NCBI GenBank assembly: GCA_016839555.1
Contig: JAEOUA010000001.1
Location: forward strand, 1-64,000
From: Promethearchaeota archaeon
GTDB lineage: Archaea > Asgardarchaeota > Lokiarchaeia > Sigyniarchaeales > SOKP01
DNA: 64,000 nucleotides
Direction of reading: 5' to 3'
Part shown: positions 31,872 to 42,666 of the stretch, in pieces
Position numbering within the stretch: position 1 is the stretch's first letter
Layout: each line of letters opens with the position of its first letter
Made by a program: the position numbers and the translations under genes
The notes under the pieces: model-generated
Database searches by the model: none
Seen by the model: the letters and a program-made list of their open reading frames with translations, nothing else
Told to the model about the DNA's origin: nothing

Positions 31872-33185
31872 ATGGTTAAAGGATTTGCAATTTTTTCTTG
31901 GGATCAAAAAATAGGTTCGGTTTTAGAAATTAAATATCCTGAGACTCTAAAAATTTCATCTAATTTAATTAATAAAATTTATATGACACATGCATATAGT
32001 GAACAGTTTGAAAACGAAGAGTTTATACAAATAGATTATAATGAAAATTTAATTCTAAGTTATTGCGATAAAACTCGGGTAGCAGAATTTGGCTATGAGA
32101 TTTTTATTCTAATATTAGATCAAACAGAAAAGATCAACTTACACAAATTAAAAAGCCAGTTTATTAAGTTTGGAGAAATTCTTTTTCAAAAACCTAAAGA
32201 ACAGAGAAAAAAGTATTTCTTAAAAAATATAACGTCAATTTATAAAAAACCTTCTGCTAAAAAGATTTTGCTATTGGGGAGAGCCGCTACTGGAAAAACA
32301 AGTATAAAAAAAATTGTTTTTGAAGGAAAAAATCCTAAAGATCTTTTATTCGATCCTATGGAGCCGACTCGAGGAATAACTCCATCAGTCTATTCTTGGT
32401 TAGATTTGAAACTAGGATTATTTGACACATCGGGGCAAGAACTTCCATATTTACTAGATGAAAATAATTTTAAGGAACAGACTATGGCCTTTGAAAATGT
32501 GGATGTTATTATATATCTTTTTGAATATACTATGTGGGTTGATAGAAAAGAATTAATCTTTAAAGATCTTGAAAAAATAAATTTAATTATAAAGGATAAA
32601 TTAGAGAACACTCAATTAATCTTATTCTTACACAAAATAGATTTAATAGAGAAAAATAGTAGAAAAGAATCTCTAAAAGAAATTGAATCTATTATAAAAA
32701 ATCAATTACATTTACCCATTTATTTCACAAGTATTTATCCAAAATTGATATATAATCTCTATAATGCTTTTTATGAAATCCTAAGTGATTTTACAGAAGA
32801 TAGAAAATATATAAAACAAATTTTAGATGAATTAATTAGAGATTTTAAGAAAATTATGTGTTATATCACCAATAATAATAATGCCATTATTGTACAAACA
32901 ATGGATAAGGAATTTAATACTTTATTGATAAATCATACTCACAAAATGATTGCGCAAATAAATCAATCAATCGAAAACATGCTTGAAAAAGAAAATATTA
33001 GCCATTTAATAATTTCGAGCACAAAAGCTCTAAATATTATAATGAATCATTTAAATCTTTCAAATTATAATTTAAATAATTTAATAGTAATGTCTGAAAC
33101 TCTTTCGGCAAATAAATTAATATTTTTAGCTGGAAAAATTAGAGGGAAATTAAACAGGTTTTATTTATACCAAAAAAAAAAGTAG
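31872..33185 (+). CDS. uDENN/longin - Rag/Gtr-like GTPase - roadblock fusion
   Basis: N-terminal FSWDQKIG...KYP; GRAATGKTS.KKIVF, PTRG, DTSGQ, HKID, FTSIY; C-terminal roadblock-like domain of about 120 aa. Confidence 0.85.
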   Translation: MVKGFAIFSWDQKIGSVLEIKYPETLKISSNLINKIYMTHAYSEQFENEEFIQIDYNENLILSYCDKTRVAEFGYEIFILILDQTEKINLHKLKSQFIKFGEILFQKPKEQRKKYFLKNITSIYKKPSAKKILLLGRAATGKTSIKKIVFEGKNPKDLLFDPMEPTRGITPSVYSWLDLKLGLFDTSGQELPYLLDENNFKEQTMAFENVDVIIYLFEYTMWVDRKELIFKDLEKINLIIKDKLENTQLILFLHKIDLIEKNSRKESLKEIESIIKNQLHLPIYFTSIYPKLIYNLYNAFYEILSDFTEDRKYIKQILDELIRDFKKIMCYITNNNNAIIVQTMDKEFNTLLINHTHKMIAQINQSIENMLEKENISHLIISSTKALNIIMNHLNLSNYNLNNLIVMSETLSANKLIFLAGKIRGKLNRFYLYQKKK

Positions 33186-33197
33186 TAAAAAGGTAAA

Positions 33198-34880
33198 ATG
33201 AACAAAAAATTAATTTTTGTAGGTCCGTCAGGATCTGGTAAAACAACACTACGAAAAATCTTTTTTGAGGGGGAAAGTGCCTCTAGATTATTAGATTATG
33301 CATTAAAGCCTACCTATGGAGAGGAATCATTAATATTAAGCCTAATTGATGGAAATATTGGGATTTTTGATCTTGCGGGACAAGAAAATGAAAGATGGTT
33401 TACAACTGAGGATAAATCAATTTTTCAAAATGCTGGAATTATTCTAACTGTTATAGAAATAGATACCCCAAATAAAGAAATTCTTTCCTTTGTTAGACGA
33501 GTTATCAAAGTTAGGGATGAGATGGCTCCAGAATGTAATATATATTTATTGATCCATAAAATAGATTTAGTCCAATATATTGAAGTTAGCGCTAAAAGAA
33601 GAGAATTGTTTAATCTTTTAAAAGAATTTACTATTAATAAGATCTATTTTACAAGTATAAAAAACCCTTTTTTTACTCAAACCTTTTCATATTTTGTAGA
33701 GATAATTAAGAATAGTATAGATAGAAAAGTATCTGATAAATTTATTGAAACCAATTTATTAAATGAAACAATTAGATTGTTGTATTATTTAGATCGGGAA
33801 ATTATATTCTCTAAAGAAGATATTTTATTGAAATTAAATCTTACCGAGACTGTTATTAATAATATAATTGATTACTTAATGAAAAAAAAACAAATAAAGT
33901 TAAAAAAACTTGGAAGTAAAACAATAATCAATTTAACAGATAAAGGGAAATCTAATTTTGAATATATTAAACAAAAATTCCCATTAGATAATATATATAA
34001 ATTTGAAGATGATGTGATAATACCCGAATTCTCAACAAAAAAAGAAATTCCCTCCTTTATAGGTTGTTTTATCGCAGATAAAGATGGAAAACTCTTTTTA
34101 AAAACTGAATTATTTGAAGGAGTTTTAAAATCATTCCTTCGAGATGAGGATTCTGAAGATTTAGAAGAAAAACCTTTTGACATTGAATTAATCCCTATGT
34201 TTATCAGTGCCTTAGAAAAATTTTCACAAGAAATTAATATTAAAAATTTATCGGGATTTGATTTAAAAGGAATTAATTTAAATATGAAAATTTATAAATT
34301 CAACAGATATACAGTTACACTTTTTACACGTTCAAATGTAAATCTAAGAACTATTGAATATAAAATAAAATCTTTTTTTTTAGAGATCTTTGAGAATTAT
34401 AAGGATATTTTTATTAGATTTCAAGAAACAGGATCAATTGAACATAACATAGAAATTGCAAATAGAATTAAAGAATGGTTATCAGACTTAAATAGTCTTT
34501 ATGAAGAAAAAATACTTAAATTAGAGTCATATGATAAACAACATGCTGAGAAATTATACAGTGAGTTGGAAAATCTGCAAGAAAAACTCGATTTTATATT
34601 TTCTATTTTAACTGAAAAGATAAAAAAATTAAAAATAAATTTAATGAAAGCTATTTTGGATAATAATTTAGATAAAATTACACAAATTGCTAAAATTTCT
34701 CAAGAATTTATGTTAAAATATCATGATTATACTAATATGGATATAATTGAAGAGCTATCAAACTCTAAAAAATCATTTTCTAAAGAAGCAATAGATGCTT
34801 ATCGAGACAGTGGCGGAATTCCAATTCGCAAGGGGAATTTTACCCAAACTTTTAAAAACTGGTATAAGGAAAATTATTAA
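33198..34880 (+). CDS. Rag/Gtr-like GTPase - winged helix - longin/roadblock - coiled-coil fusion
   Basis: GPSGSGKTT, PTYG, DLAGQ, HKID, FTSI; MarR-like wHTH ending LTDKGK; IADKDGK...LIPMFISALEKFSQEI longin-like pattern. Confidence 0.82.
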   Translation: MNKKLIFVGPSGSGKTTLRKIFFEGESASRLLDYALKPTYGEESLILSLIDGNIGIFDLAGQENERWFTTEDKSIFQNAGIILTVIEIDTPNKEILSFVRRVIKVRDEMAPECNIYLLIHKIDLVQYIEVSAKRRELFNLLKEFTINKIYFTSIKNPFFTQTFSYFVEIIKNSIDRKVSDKFIETNLLNETIRLLYYLDREIIFSKEDILLKLNLTETVINNIIDYLMKKKQIKLKKLGSKTIINLTDKGKSNFEYIKQKFPLDNIYKFEDDVIIPEFSTKKEIPSFIGCFIADKDGKLFLKTELFEGVLKSFLRDEDSEDLEEKPFDIELIPMFISALEKFSQEINIKNLSGFDLKGINLNMKIYKFNRYTVTLFTRSNVNLRTIEYKIKSFFLEIFENYKDIFIRFQETGSIEHNIEIANRIKEWLSDLNSLYEEKILKLESYDKQHAEKLYSELENLQEKLDFIFSILTEKIKKLKINLMKAILDNNLDKITQIAKISQEFMLKYHDYTNMDIIEELSNSKKSFSKEAIDAYRDSGGIPIRKGNFTQTFKNWYKENY

Positions 34881-35101
34881 AAAAAAACACTGACTTTCAG
34901 AAGAACAATATAGTTAAAAAAAAGATTAAAATACCTCTCTTAATTTTATAATTATATTATATTAAAAAAAACAGTATCATCAAATTTAATTATATATAAT
35001 ATAATTTTTAATAAGATTATTATTTATATATTTTTATATATTAAATATTTCTTGGATTTTATGTATTTCATATGACCTAAGAATACAATAATTGATTTAA
35101 A

Positions 35102-35950
35102 ATGAATGAAGACCGAAAAATAATCTTTTTAGGGTTAGACAATGCAGGAAAAACATCCCTATTAACAAGGTTAGGAGGGAAGTTAAGTATTGAAGACTTA
35201 ACGAAACTAGAACCCACAAGAGGGGTAGAAAGACAAGAAATTAGTAGTAAAAGTATGAGTTTATTAATATGGGATTTTGGGGGACAGAGTGATCATAGAT
35301 CTGAATATCTTCAAGACCCTGAAGAATATTTTTTAGATACAACTTTACTAATATATGTTATTGATATACAAGAACCAGATAGGTTTCAAGAAAGTGTTGA
35401 TTATTTTAAAAATATATTAGATATTTTAGACCGATTCGATGAAGATCCCGATATACTAATATTTTTTCATAAATTCGATCCTGATATTAAGAATGATATA
35501 AAAATATTCAATAATATTCAAAAATTAAAGACTCTCCTTGAATCGATAATTAATGGAACTAAATTTAATTATGAAGGTTATTTAACATCTATTTATTCAG
35601 GTTTTCCACAACAACCAAGATTTATCAAACTTGTAAAAGAAATAGTAGAGGGCAAACCCTTAGAACAAGCAACTTTACAAGTAAAGGTTAATAAAATTGG
35701 GCAAGCTTTAGAAAATACCTTGAGTGCAATTGTTAAAATCAGCTCGAATATTATGACTCTAGAGAAGAGATTTTCATCTTTAGAACAGAAATTGATAAAT
35801 AATAAAATCCTTTCTAAAGATGAAACATTAACTGAAGCAACAAAACAAGGTGTATCAAAGGAAAAAAGTGGAAAACTCGACAGAGATGTTCTAAAGACTG
35901 AAACAATATCACAATTAAAAGATATTATTGTTGAGAAGGAAAAGGAATAA
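35102..35950 (+). CDS. Arf-like small GTPase with C-terminal coiled coil
   Basis: GLDNAGKTS, PTRG, WDFGGQ, HKFD; paralogue of the 29631..31178 core. Confidence 0.9.
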   Translation: MNEDRKIIFLGLDNAGKTSLLTRLGGKLSIEDLTKLEPTRGVERQEISSKSMSLLIWDFGGQSDHRSEYLQDPEEYFLDTTLLIYVIDIQEPDRFQESVDYFKNILDILDRFDEDPDILIFFHKFDPDIKNDIKIFNNIQKLKTLLESIINGTKFNYEGYLTSIYSGFPQQPRFIKLVKEIVEGKPLEQATLQVKVNKIGQALENTLSAIVKISSNIMTLEKRFSSLEQKLINNKILSKDETLTEATKQGVSKEKSGKLDRDVLKTETISQLKDIIVEKEKE

Positions 35951-35982
35951 AAATTTTGATTTAAATAGTAATTTTTATTCTT

Positions 35983-37032
35983 TTATGAAATTTTTTCTAA
36001 AGCATTTTTTAATTTTTGAGATTTTTGATAAAATTCTTGACTTAAAGAATCATCTCCTAGATCTAAGCATATATCAGCAAGGGCATTAAAAATTTCTTGT
36101 ACTTTTCTAAATTGGCGATTATTTAATGCCTTTTCTACCTTCTCCATCAATTTATCTCTTTTTGATAAAGGTTTTAATAGTGGAGAAACTTCTGTGTTCA
36201 TATCTAAAATATCTGCAATAATTGTAATCATTTTTTCTCTATTATTTGGATCGATTGCAATCATTGTATATGTCTTTAATCCTAATAATTCTTCTATTTC
36301 TTCAGGTCTCATTGCATTTTTTAAATCTTGTTTGTTTCCAATTACTGCCGCATGAGCATAGGGTGCCTCTTCTTGTATTAAATGTAGGAAATATTTACTT
36401 TTTTCGACATTCTCCAATGTAGAATCAGTAATAAGTAACACGGCATCGCTCCCTTTTATAAATTTATTCCATAAAAAACTAAAATGATCTTGACCAGCAA
36501 AATCCCATAAGTTAAAAGTTAATTTGCCGATTTTTATTGTAGCTATATCTCCAGTAATTGTTGGCACATGCTCTGTAGGAATTTCTTGGGCTTTAATGAG
36601 CCTTAAAATTGTAGTTTTTCCGACACTTGAAAAACCAACTAAAGAGATTTTTGGTTTTAAACTTTCAAAAGCATGATCAATTATTGGATTTATAACTGCT
36701 ATCATTGAAGAATCTAAAGTCTTCTCTTTAATCATCTCATCAAAAGTATTTAAAATTTCTTTTTTTAACTTGATTAATTCTTTTTTTATCAATTCAATAT
36801 CATCTGTTAATCCCGTTATAAAAATTATTACTAATTCCGATTCTTTATTGATGATGTAGCAAATTTTATGCGTATAAAAATCAAATGCACCAATTTCACT
36901 TTCTAATATTGAATTGGAATCTTGCGTTATAAAGGGGAAAATAGCCTGAAATTCATTTTCTGTAAATAATTTGCTATATTGCCTCTGATATTTAACTTCC
37001 CCATTTATTATAACATAAATTTTTCTCAACAT
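35983..37032 (-). CDS. Longin - Arf-like GTPase - helical hairpin fusion
   Basis: N-terminal longin-like domain of about 125 aa; GFSSVGKTT, PTI, WDFAGQ, NKQD; TPR-like C-terminus. Confidence 0.87.
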   Translation of the reverse strand: MLRKIYVIINGEVKYQRQYSKLFTENEFQAIFPFITQDSNSILESEIGAFDFYTHKICYIINKESELVIIFITGLTDDIELIKKELIKLKKEILNTFDEMIKEKTLDSSMIAVINPIIDHAFESLKPKISLVGFSSVGKTTILRLIKAQEIPTEHVPTITGDIATIKIGKLTFNLWDFAGQDHFSFLWNKFIKGSDAVLLITDSTLENVEKSKYFLHLIQEEAPYAHAAVIGNKQDLKNAMRPEEIEELLGLKTYTMIAIDPNNREKMITIIADILDMNTEVSPLLKPLSKRDKLMEKVEKALNNRQFRKVQEIFNALADICLDLGDDSLSQEFYQKSQKLKNALEKIS

Positions 37033-37080
37033 CCTTAAAACACTCCTAATTATAAGAATTCTATTTTATTTTATTATTTA

Positions 37081-37998
37081 TTAATTAGAATAAAATCTGT
37101 TTAATTTTTCAAATAAATTATCTCTAATCTTAATTAATTTCATTTTATCTAATTCTTGAGAGATTAGAATTAGATGATTAAAGTTTTGATTATATTTTTT
37201 CACGTCTTCTATATTAATTCCTAAAAGTTCATTTCCAGATTCAATTATTTTAAATTCAGATTTTAATGCTTTATTAATTTGAAAATCTTGTGTAATTGAA
37301 GAGATATCATGATATATATTTCTAATGAATTTTGGTTTAATATCATCTGTCATAGTTTGGATTATAACCTTATTATTTTCATCAGTTATTAGACATATAA
37401 TTCCCTTAGTCTCTCCAATAATTTCATCAATATTAGCCTTTAAATCATGTAATTTTTTAGAAAATTTAATTAAAATTTCAGAAAATGCATTAAATATGTT
37501 ATATATAAATTGTGGTTGTAAGCTTGTAAAATATACTTGTAAATTTTTTTCTATTTTTATCGATTCATTAATATCATTTTCTATAATACTAAATAGATTC
37601 CTATTTTTATGATGGATTAAGTCAATTTTATGAAAGAATAATGTTAATTCTGCATTAATCTCATATTTTTGCATTATTTTATGAATTTCTTTTATATCCT
37701 TAATTAATAAATCCTTTTTAGAAGTATACATAGTATAATCTAGAACATAAATAACAATTGATGCACTTTTAAAAGCCTTTTTCTGTTCTTCCTCATCTTC
37801 TAATAAAAAGGGTAGCTCCTGCCCAGAAGTATCAAAGATATTTATATCTACATCTATCCATGAATAAGAAGAAGTATTAATCCCACGAGTAGGTTCAAGG
37901 GGATAAATAATTAGATCGTTAGGATTATTCATCTCAAAAACAGCTTGTTTAATACTTGTTTTTCCTACACTGGGTTTTCCTATTAAAACTAACTTCAT
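37081..37998 (-). CDS. Rag/Gtr-like GTPase with C-terminal roadblock domain
   Basis: GKPSVGKTSIKQAVF, PTRG, DTSGQ, HKID, FTSL; paralogue of 31872..33185 without the N-terminal domain. Confidence 0.87.
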   Translation of the reverse strand: MKLVLIGKPSVGKTSIKQAVFEMNNPNDLIIYPLEPTRGINTSSYSWIDVDINIFDTSGQELPFLLEDEEEQKKAFKSASIVIYVLDYTMYTSKKDLLIKDIKEIHKIMQKYEINAELTLFFHKIDLIHHKNRNLFSIIENDINESIKIEKNLQVYFTSLQPQFIYNIFNAFSEILIKFSKKLHDLKANIDEIIGETKGIICLITDENNKVIIQTMTDDIKPKFIRNIYHDISSITQDFQINKALKSEFKIIESGNELLGINIEDVKKYNQNFNHLILISQELDKMKLIKIRDNLFEKLNRFYSN

Positions 37999-38249
37999 CA
38001 GGGTTTTAATTTCTTGTTCATATAAATTTAATTAATAATTATATACTCATTAAAAAATTAATCTTATATAAACTTCTATTTTTCTGAATTTATTTTTTTT
38101 TTATTTAATGTGTTAAAATCCATTTAGTTGATTTAATCAAAAAGAATTTAAACTCTCAATTTTTTATATTTTAACTATTTATATTATTTTTTCTAAATCC
38201 AATCTAAATAATAATGAAATCTACAAAATTCGAAATAATTAATTAAATT

Positions 38250-39887
38250 TTAAAGTTCCATATCCGTTGGCTTTTTCTTTTTAGGAAGACTAACTGTGAA
38301 TGTTGAACCTGACCCTAAAATACTAGTAAATGTAATGTTCCCTTCATGCAATTCAACCAACCTTTTAGTTAATGAAAGGCCTAAACCTGTTCCAGGTACA
38401 GACTTAACATAAGTTGAATCAACTCGTTTAAATTCCTTAAAGATTATATCAAAGTCTTCGCGAGCAATACCTATTCCAGTATCTCTTACCTTAAACACCC
38501 AATCTCGAAATAGTTCTTTAATATCAAGTGTTACTTTTCCCTCAATAGTATATTTAATAGCATTGGTCAATAAATTAAGAAGAATTTCCTTAAATCTAAT
38601 AGGATCACCATATATCTCCATATTATCCTTTAAACCTTTAATTTTAAATTTTAATTCTTTTTGAGTATATAATGGTTTTATTGTCGATTTAATTTGGTCA
38701 AGAATACTGTTTAAAGAAAAATATTTTTTATCTAAAACATACTTTCCAGATTCAATTTTCGTAATATCTAAGATTTTATTTATCATCTCAAGTTGATGTT
38801 CTGCAGAGGATCTCATGTCTCTTAAATATTCTTTTTGTAATTCATTCAAGTTTCCAATTTCTTCCTCCAATAATAAGTCCGTAAATCCAATTATTGGATT
38901 TAATGGAGTTCTTAATTCATGTGACATTGTTGCCAAGAATTCATTTTTAAATCTTGAGGCTTTTATAAGTTCTTCTTTAAATCTTTCTTGTTTTTTAAGA
39001 GCTTTTTTTAACTCTATTGTTCTTTTTTTAACCTTTACTTTTAATTCTTTTTCAAATCGTTCTTTAAAAGATTTACTTCTTTTACGGTTACTAATATCTT
39101 TTGCAATACCTATAAGGCCGTTAATATTACCATTTTTATTAAAAAATGGTATTTTTACTGCTCGAAACCAATATTCTTTATTATTCAATGCTGATATATG
39201 CTTTGTAATTTTTTTGATTTCCCCTGTTGAGAATACCTCTTGGTCATGTCTCATATTTTTTGCTGCTTCAGCTTTGTTAAATATTAACTCATTATCTGAT
39301 CTCCCTATTATTTCCTCATGAGGTAAGCCAAAGGCTTTTACTATTTTATTATTTATAATCTGATAATGGCTTTTTAAATCTTTAAAAAATATAGCCTCTG
39401 GAACAGAATCAAGTATAAATTTATAAATTTTCATCTTTTTTTCATTTTTCTTCCATTCTGTAACATCTTTTATTAAACCATTAAAACCAATTTTCTCACC
39501 ATCAAGATCGTGTAATAAATAAATACATATGATAATATCTTTTTTTATACGATTGTTTGTTTTAATTTTTAAATTTATATTCTTTTTTTCTTGATTGGAT
39601 ATATACACATTTCTAAATAAATCAAATATTTGCTCACTTGATTTATAATCCAAAAAGTCCTGAAAATTTTTCCCAGCGATGACTTTTTTCTCATATCCCA
39701 ATATTTCAAGTAATGATTTATTCCAAGAAATAAAATTACCTTTTAAATCAACCTCATAATATCCTTCTTCTATATTTTCTAATATCTTTTTATTTATTTT
39801 TGCATTTGTTTGATTATATCTTATCTTTTCATCTTTATCTTCTAATTTTTTACCATTTGCTTGAGTATTTATTTTGTCTAATCCCAT
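38250..39887 (-). CDS. Cytoplasmic PAS-PAS histidine kinase
   Basis: MSHELRTPLN, NLLTNAIKYT, DTGIGI, GTGLGL; start overlaps the upstream stop (TAATG). Confidence 0.95.
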   Translation of the reverse strand: MGLDKINTQANGKKLEDKDEKIRYNQTNAKINKKILENIEEGYYEVDLKGNFISWNKSLLEILGYEKKVIAGKNFQDFLDYKSSEQIFDLFRNVYISNQEKKNINLKIKTNNRIKKDIIICIYLLHDLDGEKIGFNGLIKDVTEWKKNEKKMKIYKFILDSVPEAIFFKDLKSHYQIINNKIVKAFGLPHEEIIGRSDNELIFNKAEAAKNMRHDQEVFSTGEIKKITKHISALNNKEYWFRAVKIPFFNKNGNINGLIGIAKDISNRKRSKSFKERFEKELKVKVKKRTIELKKALKKQERFKEELIKASRFKNEFLATMSHELRTPLNPIIGFTDLLLEEEIGNLNELQKEYLRDMRSSAEHQLEMINKILDITKIESGKYVLDKKYFSLNSILDQIKSTIKPLYTQKELKFKIKGLKDNMEIYGDPIRFKEILLNLLTNAIKYTIEGKVTLDIKELFRDWVFKVRDTGIGIAREDFDIIFKEFKRVDSTYVKSVPGTGLGLSLTKRLVELHEGNITFTSILGSGSTFTVSLPKKKKPTDMEL

Positions 39888-42142
39888 TAAAGGCTTGCCT
39901 CCTGATGTTTCCTTATCTTTGGTATAGTAAAAAAAAATATGGTTCCTTTATTTATTTCACTTTTAAACCATATCTCGCCTCCATGCAGCTCAACTAATCG
40001 TTTTGTTAGAGCCAAACCAATTCCAGAACCAGAGACATTATTTGTAATATCATTTTCAATTCTCCCAAATTCTCTAAAAACAAGTTCATAGTCTTCTTTT
40101 CTTATTCCAATCCCTGTATCAATTACTTGAAATTCCCAGTGGTCGCTTCTTTCTATCCCTCGAAACTTAAACTCGCCTTTCTCTGTAAATTTAATGGCGT
40201 TGTCAATAAGATTAAAAAGAATTTGTTTAAATCTTAACTGATCTGCATAAATATGTGTATTTTGATTAATATTTTCTATACAAAATGATATCCCTTTTTT
40301 TTCATACTTAGGTTTGAAAATGGATTGAAGCCCCTTTAATAATTTAAATATTGAAAACTGTTTTTTATTGAGCTTTAATTTGCCAATTTTTATTTTAGAG
40401 AGATCAAGCATAGATTTTATTAAATCATCTAAGTGTTCAGCGGCAGAAAAAATATCATTTAAAAAATCATATTGGTTTGCATTTAAATCACCATATGATT
40501 TTTCTAATAAAAGAGATGAAAATCCAATAATAGCATTTAAAGGAGTTCTTAAATCATGAGACATCTCAGCAAGGAACCTGTCCTTAAATTCTAGAGACTT
40601 ATTTAATTGATCTAGTAAAAGATCTCTATTACGTTCATTTTGCTTACGAGATGTAATATCTGATATAAAAGATTGAATAATGATATTTTTTGCAATTTTC
40701 AATATAGTTGAGGTTATTTCAACTTCGATTGTTTTTCCATCTTTTCTAACTATTTTAGTTTCTATTTTATTTCTTTTTTTTAAGTTATAAATATCATCCT
40801 GATAATGGTTTATAATTCTTTTTTTATCTTTTGGAGAGAAATAGTGAAAGATCTTGGAATTTAAAAATTCTTCTTCATCATATTTTAATAACTCTTTAGC
40901 TCCTTGATTTGCTCTTAATATTTTCCCCTCTTGAGACATTAAAAATATTGCCAATGGAGCATATTCAATTAAGGAATTCATTTCATGAAGTGTTTTTTCA
41001 AGCCGAATCATTTCCTCTTCTGATGCTCGAATTTGTGTTATATCTCGAAATGTTATATATAATAGCGGTTCATTATTAAGAGTTGTTGAGTAAAATTTTA
41101 ACTCCAACCAAATTTCCTTATTATCCTTTTTATTAATCTTCAATTCAAATGATTCTGGATATTTTTCTATATTTATCAACTTATTATCTTTGGAAAAAAT
41201 ATGAAGTTCTTCGATTGGACTTAAAATCGTTTTTTCATAATTTTGATTTACTATCTCATGTTTTTCAATCCCAATAAGATTTAAAAATGAACTAGTACAA
41301 TCAATAATAATCCCCTTTTTATTTAGAATAACCATCGGAAAAGGAAATTTTTCAAATAAATGACGATATTTATGTTCTGATTCTTCTAATAATTTTTTAT
41401 ACATTCTATTTTTTGTAATATCTCTTAAGGTTATAAGCATAGCTTCTTCCGTTTCCCATTGAAAATCCACAGAGCTGACTTCAGCATATTTTATATCATT
41501 TTTACCACATGTAATAGAAACATGTTTAGATCCTTCTTTTTTAACAAGATTTTCAAACTTTTCACCCTTAAGAGAATTATTATTGCATTTAAAAAGGCGC
41601 TCCGTTGCTGGATTAAAAAATTTAATAATACCTTTAACATCTGTTATTATAATTGCGATTGGGGACGTTTGAATGATCTTTCTAAGTCTTTTTTCTTTCT
41701 TAGATAAATCATCTGCTAAAGATTGAATTGTTCTAATCATTCGGTTTCTATCTATGGCATGATATATCGCGCGGACTAAAGGCTCTGTATCAACCTGTCC
41801 TTTCACGAGATAATCTTGAGCACCTGCTTGTACGGATCTTCTAGCGAGAGATTCATCTTTCAAACCTGTAAGCACAATTATCGGGATATTTTCAGCGGCT
41901 TCTCGTGTTTTAATTAACGTTTGAAAACCAGAACTATCTGGAAGTCCTAAATCCAAAAGAATTACATCAAAGAATTCATTCTGAATTTGATAAAGAGCTT
42001 GTTCTAAATCTTCCGTATTTTTTAACTCAAACTTAAAGTTAGTGGCAAAGTTTAACATTTCTTTAATTAAACGAACATCACCAAGATTATCCTCTATTAG
42101 AAGTATCTTTAATTCTATATTTTTTCCCTCCCCTATTTGCAT
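39887..42142 (-). CDS. Hybrid REC-PAS-PAS-PAS histidine kinase
   Basis: N-terminal receiver (IEDN, LDLGLPD, VKG); MSHDLRTPLN; NLIDNAIKF; GSGIGL. Confidence 0.95.
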   Translation of the reverse strand: MQIGEGKNIELKILLIEDNLGDVRLIKEMLNFATNFKFELKNTEDLEQALYQIQNEFFDVILLDLGLPDSSGFQTLIKTREAAENIPIIVLTGLKDESLARRSVQAGAQDYLVKGQVDTEPLVRAIYHAIDRNRMIRTIQSLADDLSKKEKRLRKIIQTSPIAIIITDVKGIIKFFNPATERLFKCNNNSLKGEKFENLVKKEGSKHVSITCGKNDIKYAEVSSVDFQWETEEAMLITLRDITKNRMYKKLLEESEHKYRHLFEKFPFPMVILNKKGIIIDCTSSFLNLIGIEKHEIVNQNYEKTILSPIEELHIFSKDNKLINIEKYPESFELKINKKDNKEIWLELKFYSTTLNNEPLLYITFRDITQIRASEEEMIRLEKTLHEMNSLIEYAPLAIFLMSQEGKILRANQGAKELLKYDEEEFLNSKIFHYFSPKDKKRIINHYQDDIYNLKKRNKIETKIVRKDGKTIEVEITSTILKIAKNIIIQSFISDITSRKQNERNRDLLLDQLNKSLEFKDRFLAEMSHDLRTPLNAIIGFSSLLLEKSYGDLNANQYDFLNDIFSAAEHLDDLIKSMLDLSKIKIGKLKLNKKQFSIFKLLKGLQSIFKPKYEKKGISFCIENINQNTHIYADQLRFKQILFNLIDNAIKFTEKGEFKFRGIERSDHWEFQVIDTGIGIRKEDYELVFREFGRIENDITNNVSGSGIGLALTKRLVELHGGEIWFKSEINKGTIFFFTIPKIRKHQEASL

Positions 42143-42185
42143 CTCCTCCTTTTAATATTTAATATAAAAATATTATTATTTAATT

Positions 42186-42635
42186 TTATTCGTCTGGTGG
42201 CAATTTAACAATACTAAACCAGAACTCTCCTATAGACCGAACAACTTTCAAAAATTGTTCCATATCAACTGTTTTAGTGATATAACAATTTGCGTGTCTA
42301 TTATAAGTTTCTAAAATATCTTCCTCTGCTTCAGAAATTGTCAGAATAACTACTGGAATCCGTTTTAAATTTTTATCATCTTTGATTTCAGCTAATACCT
42401 CTCGACCATCTTTTTTAGGTAAATTTAAATCTAAAAGGATTAGATCTGGACGTGGTGTGTCCTTAAATTTACCTTTTTTCCTTAAAAACTCCATTGCTTC
42501 CACTCCGTCTAACACAACGTATAGGTTATTTATAATTTTACTTTCTTTAAGTGCCTCTTTTGTTAATCGAATATCACCAGGACTATCCTCAACTAATAAT
42601 ATCTCAATGGGAGTCATTCTTTTCATTTTATTCAT
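42186..42635 (-). CDS. Single-domain response regulator (Rcp1-like)
   Basis: LLVEDSPGD, PDLILLDLNLPKKDGREVL, ANCYITK, FWFSIVKLP. Confidence 0.95.
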   Translation of the reverse strand: MNKMKRMTPIEILLVEDSPGDIRLTKEALKESKIINNLYVVLDGVEAMEFLRKKGKFKDTPRPDLILLDLNLPKKDGREVLAEIKDDKNLKRIPVVILTISEAEEDILETYNRHANCYITKTVDMEQFLKVVRSIGEFWFSIVKLPPDE

Positions 42636-42666
42636 TTTTTAAACCTTTTTTTTTGAATTTTATTTT

